Source of the DNA: Octopus sinensis
Taxonomy: Eukaryota
NCBI RefSeq assembly: GCF_006345805.1
Contig: NC_043018.1
Span: 18,042,001 to 18,106,000 of the forward strand
Reading direction: 5' to 3'
Length of the DNA: 64,000 bases
In this document: positions 24,455-37,484 of the stretch, in pieces
How positions within the stretch are numbered: the stretch's first letter is position 1
Layout of the letters: each line of letters begins with the position of its first letter
Notes under the pieces: generated by a model
Database searches by the model: none
Seen by the model: the letters and a program-made list of their open reading frames with translations, nothing else
Told to the model about the DNA's origin: nothing
Program-made: the position numbers and the translations under genes

Positions 24455-24612
24455 ATAGAATGTTGTATACTGTCAAGCTAACAAAACTGTAACAGTAGGG
24501 GTACACCACCGTTGTATAGCCCTAGAGCATCGAACGCCTCCTAGGACTATACAACGTGGTGTACCCCCTACTGTCACGTTCTTGTTAGATTGACAGTATA
24601 CAACCATTCTAT
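24455..24612. repeat. ~158-bp near-perfect hairpin (~70-bp arms, 15-nt loop), MITE-like
   Basis: atagaatgttgtatactgtcaagctaacaaaactgtaacagtaggggtacaccaccgttgtatagccctag pairs with ctaggactatacaacgtggtgtaccccctactgtcacgttcttgttagattgacagtatacaaccattctat. Confidence 0.85.
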
Positions 24613-24661
24613 CGCCCCACCAACGTACAGGTCTCCACGAAAGTTTAGAAATTCAATATTT

Positions 24662-24732
<71 letters not shown>

Positions 24733-25136
24733 ATATAATACTATAATATGTATGTATATGTATATATTATTGCTACTAGTTTTATCAACCTTTAACTGAA
24801 TTGAGTCTTTGTTTAGAATATTCAGGAAAAACTTAAACATAATTCTTTTAAAACAGACAATTAAACGGTAATCTACTCTTAAACAAGGTAAAGAATAAAA
24901 TTGGTTTCACAGGCTTAGAATTAAGTGGACCTGCGCAGCAGTTATAGATATTTATTGAGGTTCTGTTGAGTCTATCTCATATTTTGGGGGCGGTGTCACT
25001 AAGTATTATATAGAGCAGATACATCACACTTATGAGACTGTGAGTGTGATCTAAGTGAGTCTTAGCAACTATTTCTATTTGGTAGAGCCACCATGTGGCG
25101 AAATGTTGGTGTCAATAATGTAAATAGTAAAGGGGT

Positions 25137-25461
25137 AAAGACCCCCTTCGGTCATGAATGACCATGGGATTGCACCTAGAAAGTTACCCTCCTAGACACA
25201 AGTCCGGGCAAGGTTGTTTATGGAAGACCAGCAGTCGCCCATGCATACCGGCCTCCCCTCTCCACGCCACCAGTGTTATCCAAGGGAAAGACAAAGGTCG
25301 ATACAGCTTGGCACCAGTGACGTCGCAACTCATTTCTACAGCTGAGTGAACTGGAGCAACGTGAAATAAAGTGCTTTGCTCAAGAACACAACACGCATCC
25401 CGGTCCGGGATTCGAGCTCACAACCTCACGATCGTAAGCTCGATGCTCTAACCACTGAGCC
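25137..25461 (-). mobile_element. SINE-D
   Basis: Homologous to 3872-4190 over the full length. Confidence 0.85.
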
Positions 25462-25804
25462 AGACAAGAAATGGCTGACTTGGAATAACATCGGACAAAA
25501 GTTCTTCCCGCATTTATTACCATTGATTAAGCTCTGATTTCAAATCAGGTCGAGTTCAACATTGTTTTTCATCTTCCGATGTAATAAAACACGGTACCAG
25601 TCAAATACGCCGGTCGATATAATTTACCGCATTGTGTTTATGCTAGAAATACCAATATTATATTGAAATCATTCATTCACTGGTATACAAGATATTTGGT
25701 TTTGTGCCTGTTTGAAAGAAATATGCTGAAGTCAGCGAAATGGAATTACTTTTAATTTCGGTTAAAATAAAAACTAAAATGAAAAAGTAAAAACTTTTAC
25801 TCAC

Positions 25805-25841
25805 TTTTACAGCCTCATGAAAGATGCTTTCTGATAGGTCT
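25805..25841 (-). CDS. Weak candidate micro-exon (37 nt, phase 2-0): DLSESIFHEAVK
   Basis: Strong donor aaa|gtgagt; acceptor is a weak AAG after a pyrimidine-rich stretch. Confidence 0.22.
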
Positions 25842-25954
25842 CTTGATTTATTTAAAATAATAACGAAATAAAGTAAAACAGCAAAAGCAGAAAGGATCAA
25901 AGAATATAAAGTTTATTTGGAAAATTGATGCAGTCGACAAGAAATTAGTTTCTT

Positions 25955-26080
25955 ATGGAACCATTGATCATAATCGATTTTCTGGAAGATATTGCAGTAA
26001 TGGCGACAAGTATTGCTGAAATACAACACGGATTGGAATAACATTCGAGGTCGGCTTCTTATCAGAAAAGGCAAAGCTAT
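25955..26080 (+). mobile_element. Short non-LTR RT remnant (degenerate YADD region)
   Basis: IDFLEDIAVMATSIAEIQHGL resembles RTE LDFADDIALL.S....Q..L. Confidence 0.35.
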
Positions 26081-26702
26081 GTAAACAAAAAGAAGAAAAA
26101 AACAAAAAAAAAACAGAAAAAAAAAAGCGAAGAAAAGAAATTAAATTTCCACCATCTTGCGATAAGAAACTTTATAAGCTATCATCAAACTCTTTGTAAT
26201 ATAAGTACAATGTTTCCCTTCGAAAAAATATCGAAGTGATTAACTCTATCATATGTAATTTCTGATTAGTTGCAGATGGCTAAGCTGACAGTCTGCATCT
26301 TACAGCAAACAAAATGTCAGACGGTCATATTACGTTTCAAGGTGTTCATTTGAGCCTAATTTCTTTTGTTTGTTGTTGTTATTATAGCGACAGGCTCTGA
26401 CATTTTGTTGGTTTACATAGAATCAGTGTTTGACTGGTACTAATTTCACCAACACCGAAAGGAAACCACGACAAGAATTGAACATCGAACGTCATGTCGG
26501 CAGAACTGTTACTCAGCTCTTTTTCTAGTGTGCTAACGATTCTGCCAGTTCATTACCTTACTTTTATCTAGTTTATACAAGTTCACGTTACTGTAAATGT
26601 TTTCTGTGATAAACCGAAACTCGATATATAGCAGTTGACTTAGGAAGCAGTTTTTTTTTCCTGGGAATTCTGATTTACAATATTTGTGTGTTTGTGTGTA
26701 CG

Positions 26703-26749
<47 letters not shown>

Positions 26750-26751
<2 letters not shown>

Positions 26752-26955
26752 TACAAAATTAGAAAATGGAGAAAGATACTTAAATCAATCAAACATCAAC
26801 CATCAGATGATACCCAATCAATACTTTATTACACCATTACATAACAGCAAAGGCATTATACAAAATATATTGTAAATATAATTAGACAAGGAAATAGAAA
26901 TATAAAATATAAAATATAATATATAATTATATCATATCTGACAGCTGTTTCGGCC
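26750..26955 (-). mobile_element. Penelope-like terminal fragment ending in the 3' half of a hammerhead
   Basis: Minus strand ggccGAAACagctGTCag at 26938-26955; the 5' half is replaced by microsatellite. Confidence 0.45.
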
Positions 26956-27579
26956 ATATATATATGTGTGTGTGTGTGTGTACATGTGTATGTGAGTGTG
27001 TGTGTGTGTGTACAGAAAGTGAGTTTGGAGGGATATATTGTCCAAGGGTATACCGTATTAGCTTTTTGTTTGGTTTCCGATACCGGCTAACCACAACGGT
27101 CAGTATCCAATGTCCGTGCCTACAACAAGTTGTTCGCCATTGATGAATTCTTCAGTTGGCCAATTCCGTACGTCCTACTCAGAACTGTGAAGGTTCTTTA
27201 GTGTGCATAATAATACTAATTACGATAATAAGGGGTATGTGTACTTGCCCTTCCGCAATATTTATTTTAGCAATATTTTGGAAATGAAAGAAGCGCGTAA
27301 AACATGTGTGTGTGTGTTTGAGTGTTTGTGAGAGAGAGAGTGTACCTTTGTACCTGCATTTGTTCGCCATCACTGCTTTAAGCCGGTGTTGGTTTATTTA
27401 CATCCTCGTACCTTAGCACTTCGGGAGAAAGACAACAGAATAAGTAGCGGGCTTAACAAAAGTAACTACTGGGGTAGATTTGTTCGACTATAATTTTTCG
27501 AAGCGATGAACCAGCACGACCGCAATCTAGTGACTGAAACAACTACAAGGAAATAGATTATATATATATATATATATAT

Positions 27580-28770
27580 ACAATAATAACTATATAATAA
27601 TATGTCATAATAATATATATACTCCGATTAAAACGACATTATCTAAACAATTGACTAAAAAATGATGAGTTTACAAAGGCAAGAATCGAACCCACATATC
27701 AACGCGAACATGGCTCCATGCGCATTCGATTGAATCAGATGCTCACCCATCAATTTCAGTCAAATTTTATGTATAGATACTTAACTGTCTAGTACTACAT
27801 ATAATATTTGTAAACAAACCCGGAGGCTTGATAAGTTAGAAAGAAAGAGCGATTACGAAAGTCTTGTTTGCTTACAAATAGTATGTGTAGTAGTAGACAG
27901 TTAAGTATTTAGACATAAAATTTGACTGAAATTTATGAGTGAGCATCTGGCTCAATCAGGTGCTCATGGAGATGTGTTCATATTTGCAAACAAACCCGGA
28001 GGCTTTATAAGTTACGGAGAAAGATCGACTACGAATGTCTTGTTTGTTTACAAATATTATACGTAGTATAATTAGGCGCAGGAGTGGCTGTGTGGTAAGT
28101 AGCTTGCTTATGAACTACATGGTTCCGGCTTCAGTCCCACTGCGTGGCATCTTGGGAAAATGTCTTCTACTATAGCCTCGGGCCGACCAAAGCCTTGTGA
28201 GTGGATTTGGTAGACGGAAACTGAAAGAAGCCTGTCGTATGTATGTATATATATATATATACATATGTATGTGTGTGTGTTTTTGTGTCTGTGTTTGTCC
28301 CCCTAGCATTGCTTGACAACCGATGCTGGTGTGTTTACGTCCCCGTCACTTAGCGGTTCGGCAAAAAGAGACCGATAGAATAAGTACTGGGCTTACAAAG
28401 AATAAGTCCCGGGGTCGATTTGCTCGACTAAAGGCGGTGCTCCAGCATGGCCGCAGTCAAATGACTGAAATAAGTAAAAGTAAAAGTAAAAAAGTAGTAC
28501 TCGATAATTAAGTATCCATACTTAAAATTTGACTGAAATTTATGGGTGAGCATCTGGTTCATTCGGATGCGCATTCGGTTAGCGTTTATATGTGGGTTCG
28601 ATCCTAACCTGGGTAAGCTCAGCATTTTACAGTCAATTGTTTAGATAATGTTGCTTTAATTGGAGTATACATATTATTATTAGATAGTTATTGTATAAAA
28701 AAGATTTTCGTGGTCGCTCTTTCTCCGTAACTTATCAAGCCCCCGAGATCTTGTACAAATATTATGTGTG
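27580..28770. repeat. Nested foldback structure (A-B-A'partial-B-[SINE-B]-A'-B')
   Basis: 27609-27800 is mirrored at 28494-28679 and partly at 27884-27950. Block B lies at 27812 and 27988 and is inverted at about 28700-28750. Confidence 0.75.
28075..28493 (+). mobile_element. SINE-B inserted in the foldback
   Basis: Full head-to-tail motifs. Confidence 0.9.
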
Positions 28771-28781
28771 TGTGTGTGTAT

Positions 28782-29441
28782 TACCGTGTGGCTCAAAAGA
28801 ATCGTTACTATTTAAGAAATTGAAAACAATTTTGCTAATAATTATTTTTCTCTTCTTTCAGATATCAAAACATGAAAACCTTGGATATTTTCTTATGGAG
28901 ACATATAGCAAGGCCCAGCAAACTAAAATTGTAGAATTTTATTTTGAAAATGGATGGTCCTTTGTGCACACACAAAGATTGTCCATGTGCCATGAAAGAA
29001 GAAGAAACCCGCCCTTTAAATTCGGCAATTATTTGTCTAAATCAATGACTTACCGCAAGTTGGAAGACTATGTTGCATCGGAATGCCGGAAACCAGGGAT
29101 AGCGTTGGACAAAGCATTCAGGAAGATTCCACCTCATCCACTGGACGCGGTTCCTGTGAGCTTCATATGCTTTTTTATATCTTCTTTTATTCTATTACTT
29201 GTTTCAATCATTTGACTGCAGCCACGCTGGAGCACCGCCTTCAAGCATTTTTAGTCCAGAAAATCGCCCTCGGGACGTATTTCTTAAGCCTAGTGTTTAT
29301 TATATCGGTATTTTTTGCCGAACCGTTAAGTTACGGGAGTGTAAGCACACCACAATCAGTTGTCAAGCGGTGATGGGGGACAAACGCTGACACAAACACA
29401 CACACACACACATATGTATATATATATATATAGATATATAT

Positions 29442-29472
<31 letters not shown>

Positions 29473-30100
29473 CGACGGGCTTCTTACATTTTCCGTCTAT
29501 CAAATCCACTCACAAGTCTTTGGTCGACCCGAGGCTATGGTAGAAGACACTCAAGGCGCCATGCAGCGGGACTGAACCCTTGACTATGAGGTTGGTAAGC
29601 AAGCTACTTACAACAGCCATGCCCAATACTGAAAATCTTAGAGCAATTTTTCTCACCAGTTATTGAGTACATCCTGGAAGTTTGGTGACAGCAAGATGGT
29701 GACTGCCAGAGATTTCGCAGCTCCTAAGAAGCTTGTTTGGTGAAAGAATAATTTCAAGGACGGCAAAATTCAAATGGCCACTAGATTCTACTAATCTAAC
29801 CACACCATTATTTTTTCTGTCAGGTTGCCTAAAAGATCATATACACATCAATAAATTGCGCAATATCCTGCAAATTATGGAAAATATTCGAACAGAAATT
29901 CGTGCCCTGGGACATAACATGCTGACACGTCACTGAAAGTAGAACTGAAATGGCGTGCATTTATGAAAGGACAAATGAAGGATATTAATGTTACATCATC
30001 TTGCATAATTAAACTTTCAAAATTTAATTGGTATTTTGCCATTTACAACAGCGTTCTTTCAGAAACAAATGAATATTAACAAATCATTCAGTTTTTAAAT
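28782..30100 (+). mobile_element. Decayed Tc1/mariner-superfamily transposon (DUF4817-type N-terminus), internally deleted and interrupted by SINE-B
   Basis: METYSKAQQTKIVEFYFENGWSFVHTQR at the N-terminus; QQDG...LFGERIISR...KWPLDSTNLTTPLFFLSGCLKDH resembles WPPRSPDLTPLDFFLWGYLK. Only partial TIR similarity. Confidence 0.75.
29185..29625 (-). mobile_element. SINE-B, diverged, inside the mariner remnant
   Basis: Reverse-complement family motifs. Confidence 0.85.
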
Positions 30101-30177
30101 GGTTGCGTGACATCCCTCTATACCCTCTCTCTCTTTCTTTCTTTGTATATGCTTATATATATATGCATATGTGTATA

Positions 30178-30224
<47 letters not shown>

Positions 30225-30353
30225 TATATATATAATATATATATACATACATACATGTCTGTATATGTGTGTATATACATATATGCATATATATATATAG
30301 ACATATCTATCTATCTATCTATATATATATATATATATATACATATATATACA

Positions 30354-30398
<45 letters not shown>

Positions 30399-30439
30399 CG
30401 GTGGTGCATCAGCATGGCCACAGCTCTGAGCTGAAACTA

Positions 30440-30471
<32 letters not shown>

Positions 30472-30559
30472 TTGTGTGTTTGTGTTTGTGTGTTTGTGTG
30501 TGTGAGTTTGTGTGTGTGTGTATGTATGTATACTGTAACGGATGGCTAATCCTACTTAA

Positions 30560-31150
30560 CAATGCATTGTAAAGCTAACGTCCATACCAAAAATCAATAC
30601 ATAGAGGCGGGGCGAGCGTTGAATATGTCCCCCCCACTGAAAGTTGCATGCAACCTTGTTAAGGGTTTCATTAGCGTGAATTGTTGAGTTCTGGTAAACA
30701 TGAAAAAACATGAGGAGGATATCAGTTTTCTGTATTCTGATACCATTCTGGAAATAATCTTGGCACCATGTTGGAAAAACACAATACAATTTGCATTCGT
30801 TGTGTAAGGGAATAATGTAACACTCAAGGAAAGTTTAATCGATAGAAAATAGTTGGATGCTCAACCATTTACCGGGCCTTTTTGCATCAAATATTCTTTC
30901 TCTTTTTTCTTTTAATATTTTTAACTGGATTCAATCACCGGACGTCAGAACTGCTGGAGCACAAATTTTGTTAATACAGGCCTTAGAACCTCCTTCAGTC
31001 CGGTACAAATTTTCTTTATGTCTATTTGTGAAAGTGTTAGAACGTTGGACGAGATGGTTTGTAGGATCTATTTCAGTTCTGTGCACATTGAGTCTAGAGC
31101 CCATTCCGAAGGAGCAAACCTCCTGTCGGCATTTGTGACGGTTAGAAGGT
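30560..31150 (-). mobile_element. Second, more decayed Tc1/mariner transposase remnant
   Basis: Frameshifted CIVFFQHGA / YPPH / RSPRL..LDFWYG resemble FQQDGAPPH...RSPDLTPLDF.LWG. Confidence 0.45.
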
Positions 31151-32367
31151 ATCATAAACATTAACATGCAAAGGACCGACTCCCACATTCACCACTCCCG
31201 GCACCACCACTACCATATGTATTGTATGTATGTATGTATGTATGTATGTATGTCCTAATATGACATTAAACTCCATCCGATGGTGAAGCTCCAATTCGGG
31301 AGTTCTGTATTTGTGGGGAAAATGACGTCATCCCATAATTATCATATTTCCAGATCCGTTCTGATCCGTAAATGATGTACCTGCCCCTGGTTCCTGCAAT
31401 GGGTTAAATAGAATTACCATGGTTAGAAGAGTGGCCTGTTATTTTTGACAAAGCCGTGGGAAAGGCAGCTCTTCTGGGACAAAACTATTCTGACTACCAA
31501 ATTGCAGTCAAAGTAGAATGCTTCTCAGTTGAACCTACAATAGCGAAGTGGCATAGAGTATGGCAAAAGTGCTGTGCAGTCTTTTGTCTCTGAAATCTAG
31601 TGATGAGCAGATGTCTCGCTATCATTTCATTATATTGATCCGTTTTGTATTTTATATATGTTGATAGAAGCATGGCGTGAGAAGTCATATCCGCTCACAA
31701 GCGAAAACGGAAGTAAATCAGCACAATGATGAAGTAAGTCAGCTATCAATGACAAGATGAGGCAATCATCATGATGTATGTATGTATGTATGTATGTATG
31801 TATGTATATGTATGTATGTATGCATGTCTCTTCTATTTTTTAATTATTATAAATCTTCCATTGAGGAGGGAGCCGGTCTCCAACAAAGATACAAGACTCC
31901 ATCTTTAGGATGTAGTTAACACAAACAAATTCATATTTAGAACTTAAGAAAAGTCTTGCATGTTTTTACTGTTCCACTCACAGATTGCATTTGTAATGTA
32001 CGAATCAGCCGGTCGACTTCTCTTTCTGAAAATCCCTATTTATCCAGATTCTCCTTTAAGCATTTACTAACAAAATCTAGTGCTCCTAGCGTATGTATGT
32101 ACGTATGCATGCATGTATGTATGTATGCATGTACGTATGTACGTACCGTATTTGATGGCATCTCAGACACTTCTTTCCAAAGAAAGTATTGCAAATATCA
32201 CGCCGGTTTCTATATTCGGAGTTGCTTTGAATATTACATGTTTTAATAAACTAAAAACTTTTTTCCTGAAAATGTGCTGGTGACACTGGGGTGCATCTAA
32301 TGCGTCCGTGTGTCTTTTATGTCATCAGGTGCGGTATATATGGATGTATGTCCTTTTTCTTCATTAG

Positions 32368-32437
32368 GATCATTCCAAGAAGGAAGGAAATTGTTGCTAA
32401 AAATTGTTCCATTGCTGGAATTCAGACACAAAAAAGG
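32368..32437 (+). CDS. Candidate plus-strand exon (70 nt): GSFQEGRKLLLKIVPLLEFRHKKG or IIPRRKEIVAKNCSIAGIQTQKR
   Basis: tcctttttcttcattag|GATCAT...AAAAGG|gtaagt: strong acceptor and donor, two open frames. Confidence 0.3.
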
Positions 32438-32653
32438 GTAAGTGCCACATGCTGAACATTAGAAATGTCTTGCCCATTTTTACTGTTCTGCTTACTGATT
32501 GTATGTGTGAAGTGTATGATAGTCGATCTCATTCGCTATACGAAAATCCAAGATGCTTGTGAATGTCAGTAACATAACTGTTCATTAAGAATAAGGGCAG
32601 AGGAGCAGCAGATTTCGAAGTATATATTGTATGTATGTCTATATATAATGTAT

Positions 32654-33033
32654 GTGGAGGCGCAATGGCCCAGTGGTTAGGGCAGCGGACTTGCGGTCAT
32701 AGGATCACGGTTTCGATTCCCAGACCGGGCATTGTGAGTGTTTATTGAGCGAAAACACCTAAAAGCTCCACGAGGCTCCGGCAGGGGGTGGTGGTGATCC
32801 CTGCTGTACTCTTTCACCACAACTTTCTCTCACTCTTACTTCTTGTTTCTGTTGTACCTGTATTTCAAAGGGCCGGCCTTGTCACTCTCTGTGTCACGCT
32901 GAATATCCCCGAGAACTACGTTAAGGGTACACGTGTCTGTGGAGTGCTCAGCCACTTACGCGTTAATTTTACGAGCAGGCTGTTCCGCTGATTCGCATCA
33001 ACCGGAACCCTCGTCGTCGTAACCGACGGAGTG
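32654..33033 (+). mobile_element. SINE-A, full length
   Basis: Family motifs intact; no clean TSD found. Confidence 0.9.
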
Positions 33034-33640
33034 AACAAAGAATGTGTATCAATACGTATGCATGTGAGAGTATGTTTGACTACTTTATGTATAGACGTTT
33101 GTGTGTGAACATGCATGTATTGATGTAAATATGTGTATATGTATATATGTATCTGATGTAGATGCATATTGACGAATGAAGTAAACCTAGGCGAGAAAAC
33201 TGATAAAATTATGATGTTCGGTCGAAGTCCTTTGCAATATTTGTTTCACACCGAGTTGCAGCTAATCCCTTGTCTGTAACTTCTAAAATGTTGACATGTA
33301 GAAACTAATGACGCTATTTCGCAGAAATTCGGATTTAAAATAATTCATTAAATCTTTTACATTAATTGTTCGGATTCATCTGACAAGGATATTTTACATC
33401 CTTAGCCGTTTTTCTTTCGTAATATCTGCCATGCTGTGAGTGGGAGGGGTGCCCGCGCTCCAAATACTTGTGGGGGTCATGTCCCTTGGGTAGTGGTTGT
33501 GTTGTTTTAGGAACACAGTCTGTCAATACATAACGGCAAAACATCCTTCGTGTGCATGAGTGCCTTCTTTTTTTCCTTTCAAAATGATGGTTGTTAATAA
33601 AAAAGAAAAAAAGGCAAATAATGAAAGATTTCTGTAACAT

Positions 33641-33811
33641 AGGCGCAGGAGTGGCTATGCAGTTAGTAGCTTGCTTACCAACCATATGGCTCTGGGTTCA
33701 GTCCCACTGCGTGGCATCTTGGGCATGTGTCTTCTACTATAGCCTCAGGCCGACCAAATCCTTGTGGGTGGATTTGGTAGATGGAAACTGGAAGAAGCTC
33801 GTCGTATATGC

Positions 33812-33858
<47 letters not shown>

Positions 33859-34065
33859 GCATTGTGTGTCTGTGTTTGCCCCCCCCCATATCGCTTGACA
33901 ACCGATGCTGATGTGTTTATGTCCCCGTAACTTAGCGGTTCGGCAAAAGAGACTGATAGAATAAGTACTAGGCTTACAAAGAATAAGTTCTGGGGTCGAT
34001 TTGCTCAACTAGAGGCGGTGAACCAGCATGGCCGCAGTCAAATGGCCGAAACAAGTAAAAGAAAA
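33641..34065 (+). mobile_element. SINE-B
   Basis: Family motifs, internal (TA)n(TG)n. Confidence 0.88.
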
Positions 34066-34714
34066 CGAGAGAAAGAAAAAAGAATACTTCAGTTTGAACT
34101 TGAATTGAATGTCTTCGCCTCGGTAGAAAAGAGAAAATGAATGGGGTACATTAAAATTCGTTCCTCTCACACTCTAAAACTGTTATAGACTTTCTTTTTC
34201 CTCTTCTTCCTCTCTTTTTTAGCTTATTATTGAAAATGGTGACAAATGCTCGATAATATAAAATGATTAATTGACAATTAACTATTCCATTATTGTACAC
34301 CGAAGACCTACACAATATAGAAACAAGTTGTCTCTAGAGATGGAACAGGTGGGAACTATTAAATGTAAAAACCATATAACATCATGAGTCGGTTAAGTAT
34401 AATGGTAATTTTGAAAAATAAAAATAAAATGAAATTAAATATTTTTCACGTGATTTCATCTTCGTCACGTGATTTCGACTTAATCACGAAAAAATGGCTG
34501 AACAAGTTACTAAAATGCTTTTATTTAAATTGAATGGCCTCTATGAAATATAGCCATTAAAAATTGATGGCTCTAATTGTGACTGTGAAAGAAAAGGATC
34601 TTTAGATGTACAGAAAGTCTGAAGAACTAAAAACGATATGAATTATAGACACAATAAATCTATATCTGTTTCGACTTAAAACTGCCTCATAACTGGCTCT
34701 TGAGAAAAGCTAAG

Positions 34715-34886
34715 TAAATGGTGGATACGAATAGATACAACTTGTAACAGCCATATCTTTACAGTTGCTATATACTCTATATATTGAATGAAGCTAGTGG
34801 AACGGTTGGAACGGAGGTAAATCATGCCGTCTCTGATATACATTATTAATTTTTCATGTTAGTAAATTATCATAAACTGGACTAGG

Positions 34887-34951
<65 letters not shown>

Positions 34952-35197
34952 GTGTGTGTGTGTTTGCATGTGTGTGTTTGTGAATATAACGTTTTTACAT
35001 GCAGAATTCTACATCTCTCGAAACTACAACTGAAGAGAAGCAAAACCAAAGCCAGAGGGATTTGAACTCAGAATGTAACTAAAGAATCTTTAAGCTGCCG
35101 ATTCAAACATCCCAGTCGCTTCATTCAATATATAGAATATACAACAACTGTAAAGATATGGATGTAACAAGCGGTGTCTATTCGTATCCACCGTTTA
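34715..35197. repeat. ~85-bp inverted repeats enclosing ~310 bp including (GT)n
   Basis: ggtggatacgaatagatacaacttgtaacagccatatctttacagttgctatatactctatatattgaatgaagc (34715-34800) is mirrored at 35112-35197. Confidence 0.75.
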
Positions 35198-36327
35198 TGA
35201 TATGTTCCCAACGGAACAGCGCCGCCATATTAATTTAGGAAATAGCTAATATAAACTTTCGAAGATTTACTTTAAAAGTACATGAAATAATCTTTGTTGT
35301 GTTTGTTTTCATCCCCGTGTAAGCTATGATCAACTAAACATTTGATCAAAGACATTCCAGTTGAGACTGCCATAGTATTCTTTTAGACAGAATCTAACGC
35401 TTACAGCGTCTGGTATATCCTTCCAGAATTAATAGCGACGTGTACTTTCAGAAAGATTTGCTATAAAATACTGAAATAATTTATTTCTTAATCTTAAAAA
35501 AAAAAAAGAAAATAAACATACAAATACATAATTAATTCAGCAGGAAACTGTCACTACGTAAGTTACGTTGGCTTTGTATGATGTCTGGCTTATGCTGTTC
35601 AACACACTCGAACAGAACAAAGCCATGAATTGATTTATGCAGCCAATACCGTCCGTATTTTATCTAACATTATTATACTCCATTTTATGTATTTCAGTTT
35701 TATATAATTCAAACACAGTTGTAGCCGGTTAATAAAATGCAGTAATAGGTTTGCTAATTTTGCATGTCTAGACAGACTTCTAGTAGTTTTGGTTTATTTA
35801 TTTTGTATTAATACTCACTCAACTCTCCTTTTCATGTGTTATTCATCAACTTAAAACACGTTTGAAGTCTGATTTAGTTAGTTTCTAACTAATTTGTTGA
35901 CTGCTCGTCATTTTTTAACGCACACTTTGAGTAAAAACAGTATGCTTATTACCTATATCATTTTGGAATGATAAAAAATGAGATCGGATTCGTGTGGAAA
36001 GAAATAAATGCAATTAGAATTACTTTTTTCTCAATTACTTACGATTATTAGAATACAGGAAGACAAATAAAAGATTTACTACATCTGATGTTTCCTCTTT
36101 TGGTTGAGATTTTTTCGTCATTTCAGGAAAACAATAATATTAAAAACTCCAAGAGTTTATTTAGAGGAAGAAATCTCGGTGCAAAATTATATAGAACATT
36201 CCTCTGAAAATCACGAAGTGACAATAAAAAGTATAAATAAAAAATACTACATAGATACATAGATACATAGATACATATATATATATATATATATATAATA
36301 TATATATATATATATGTATATCTACCA

Positions 36328-36404
<77 letters not shown>

Positions 36405-36412
36405 TCTATCTA

Positions 36413-36461
<49 letters not shown>

Positions 36462-36677
36462 TTATATATATAAATGGATGGATGAATTTTTTCTTGTTTA
36501 CAATTAACACGGAGAAAATAAATAAACAGTTACCAGGGCAGCAAACAATCACACAAGTAATAAGGACGTAACACCCTGTTTGTAAAGGGAGCAACTCCGG
36601 GTTGATGTGAAATATGTTGTATAATACATATAAATAAGTAAATGGAGTTAAACGCAGGTGTTATTCAAATTCTTTTA

Positions 36678-36754
36678 CTTCCGACATATGTTTCGAAGAC
36701 AACATTGGTATTATTCGAAGGGAATAAAATGGTGTAATCTTCTCTTCAGGAAAA
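36678..36754 (-). ncRNA. Type I hammerhead ribozyme motif with canonical core, probably in a Penelope-like terminal repeat
   Basis: ttttc-CTGAAGA-gaaga(38-nt loop)tcttc-GAAAC-atat-GTC-ggaag. Core, 5-bp helix II, palindromic helix III loop and GUC site are all present; helix I has two G.U pairs. Confidence 0.6.
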
Positions 36755-37084
36755 GGAAGAAATAAACCAAACTCATCAATAAGACATTTTAACGGAATGT
36801 GATGGATGTGTATAATGATGAACGGAACGCTATTATGTTTTTATTTTAAAAACCGTTAGAAGAAAAAACACCAAAGGTAGCCTATAGAAAGAGAAGGGCT
36901 AAAGGAAAGAAATAAGCAGAAAAGTAATAAAGGAGAAATATAGAGGGATATGTGAATTAAAATAAAAGCTTGAAGGCTTCGAAATAGATATATCTAGTGG
37001 AATTGAAATGTAAGAAGAAAATCAATGTTCAAATTATATATAATGGTAGATATCATTTATATGAACTAAAGGTATATATACATA

Positions 37085-37470
37085 CTCTTTTACTTGTTTC
37101 AGTCATTTGACTGCGGCCATGCTGGAGCACTGCCTTTAGTCGAGCAAATCGACGCCGGGACTTATTCTTTGTAAGCCCAATACTTATTCTATCGGTCTCT
37201 TTTGCCGAACCGCTAAGTGACGGGGACGTAAACACACCAGCATCGGTTGTCAAGCACTACTAGGGGGACAAACACAGACACACAAACACACACATATATA
37301 CATATATATACATATATACGACAGGCTTCTTTCAGTTTCCGTCTACCAAATCCACTCACAAGGCATTGGTCGGCCCGGGGCTATAGCAGAAGACACTTGC
37401 CCAAGATGCCACGCAGTGGGACTGAACCCGGAACCATGTGGTTGGTTAGCAAGCTACTTACCACACAGCC
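37085..37470 (-). mobile_element. SINE-B
   Basis: Reverse-complement family motifs. Confidence 0.9.
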
Positions 37471-37484
37471 AATACATATATATT

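Noticed and set aside
33362-33520. Possible minus-strand terminal exon
   Set aside because: Two frames are equally plausible and there is no independent support.
34655-34700. Degenerate hammerhead-like words here and at about 45345-45380
   Set aside because: The core is broken (TATGAG) and the helices do not pair adequately.
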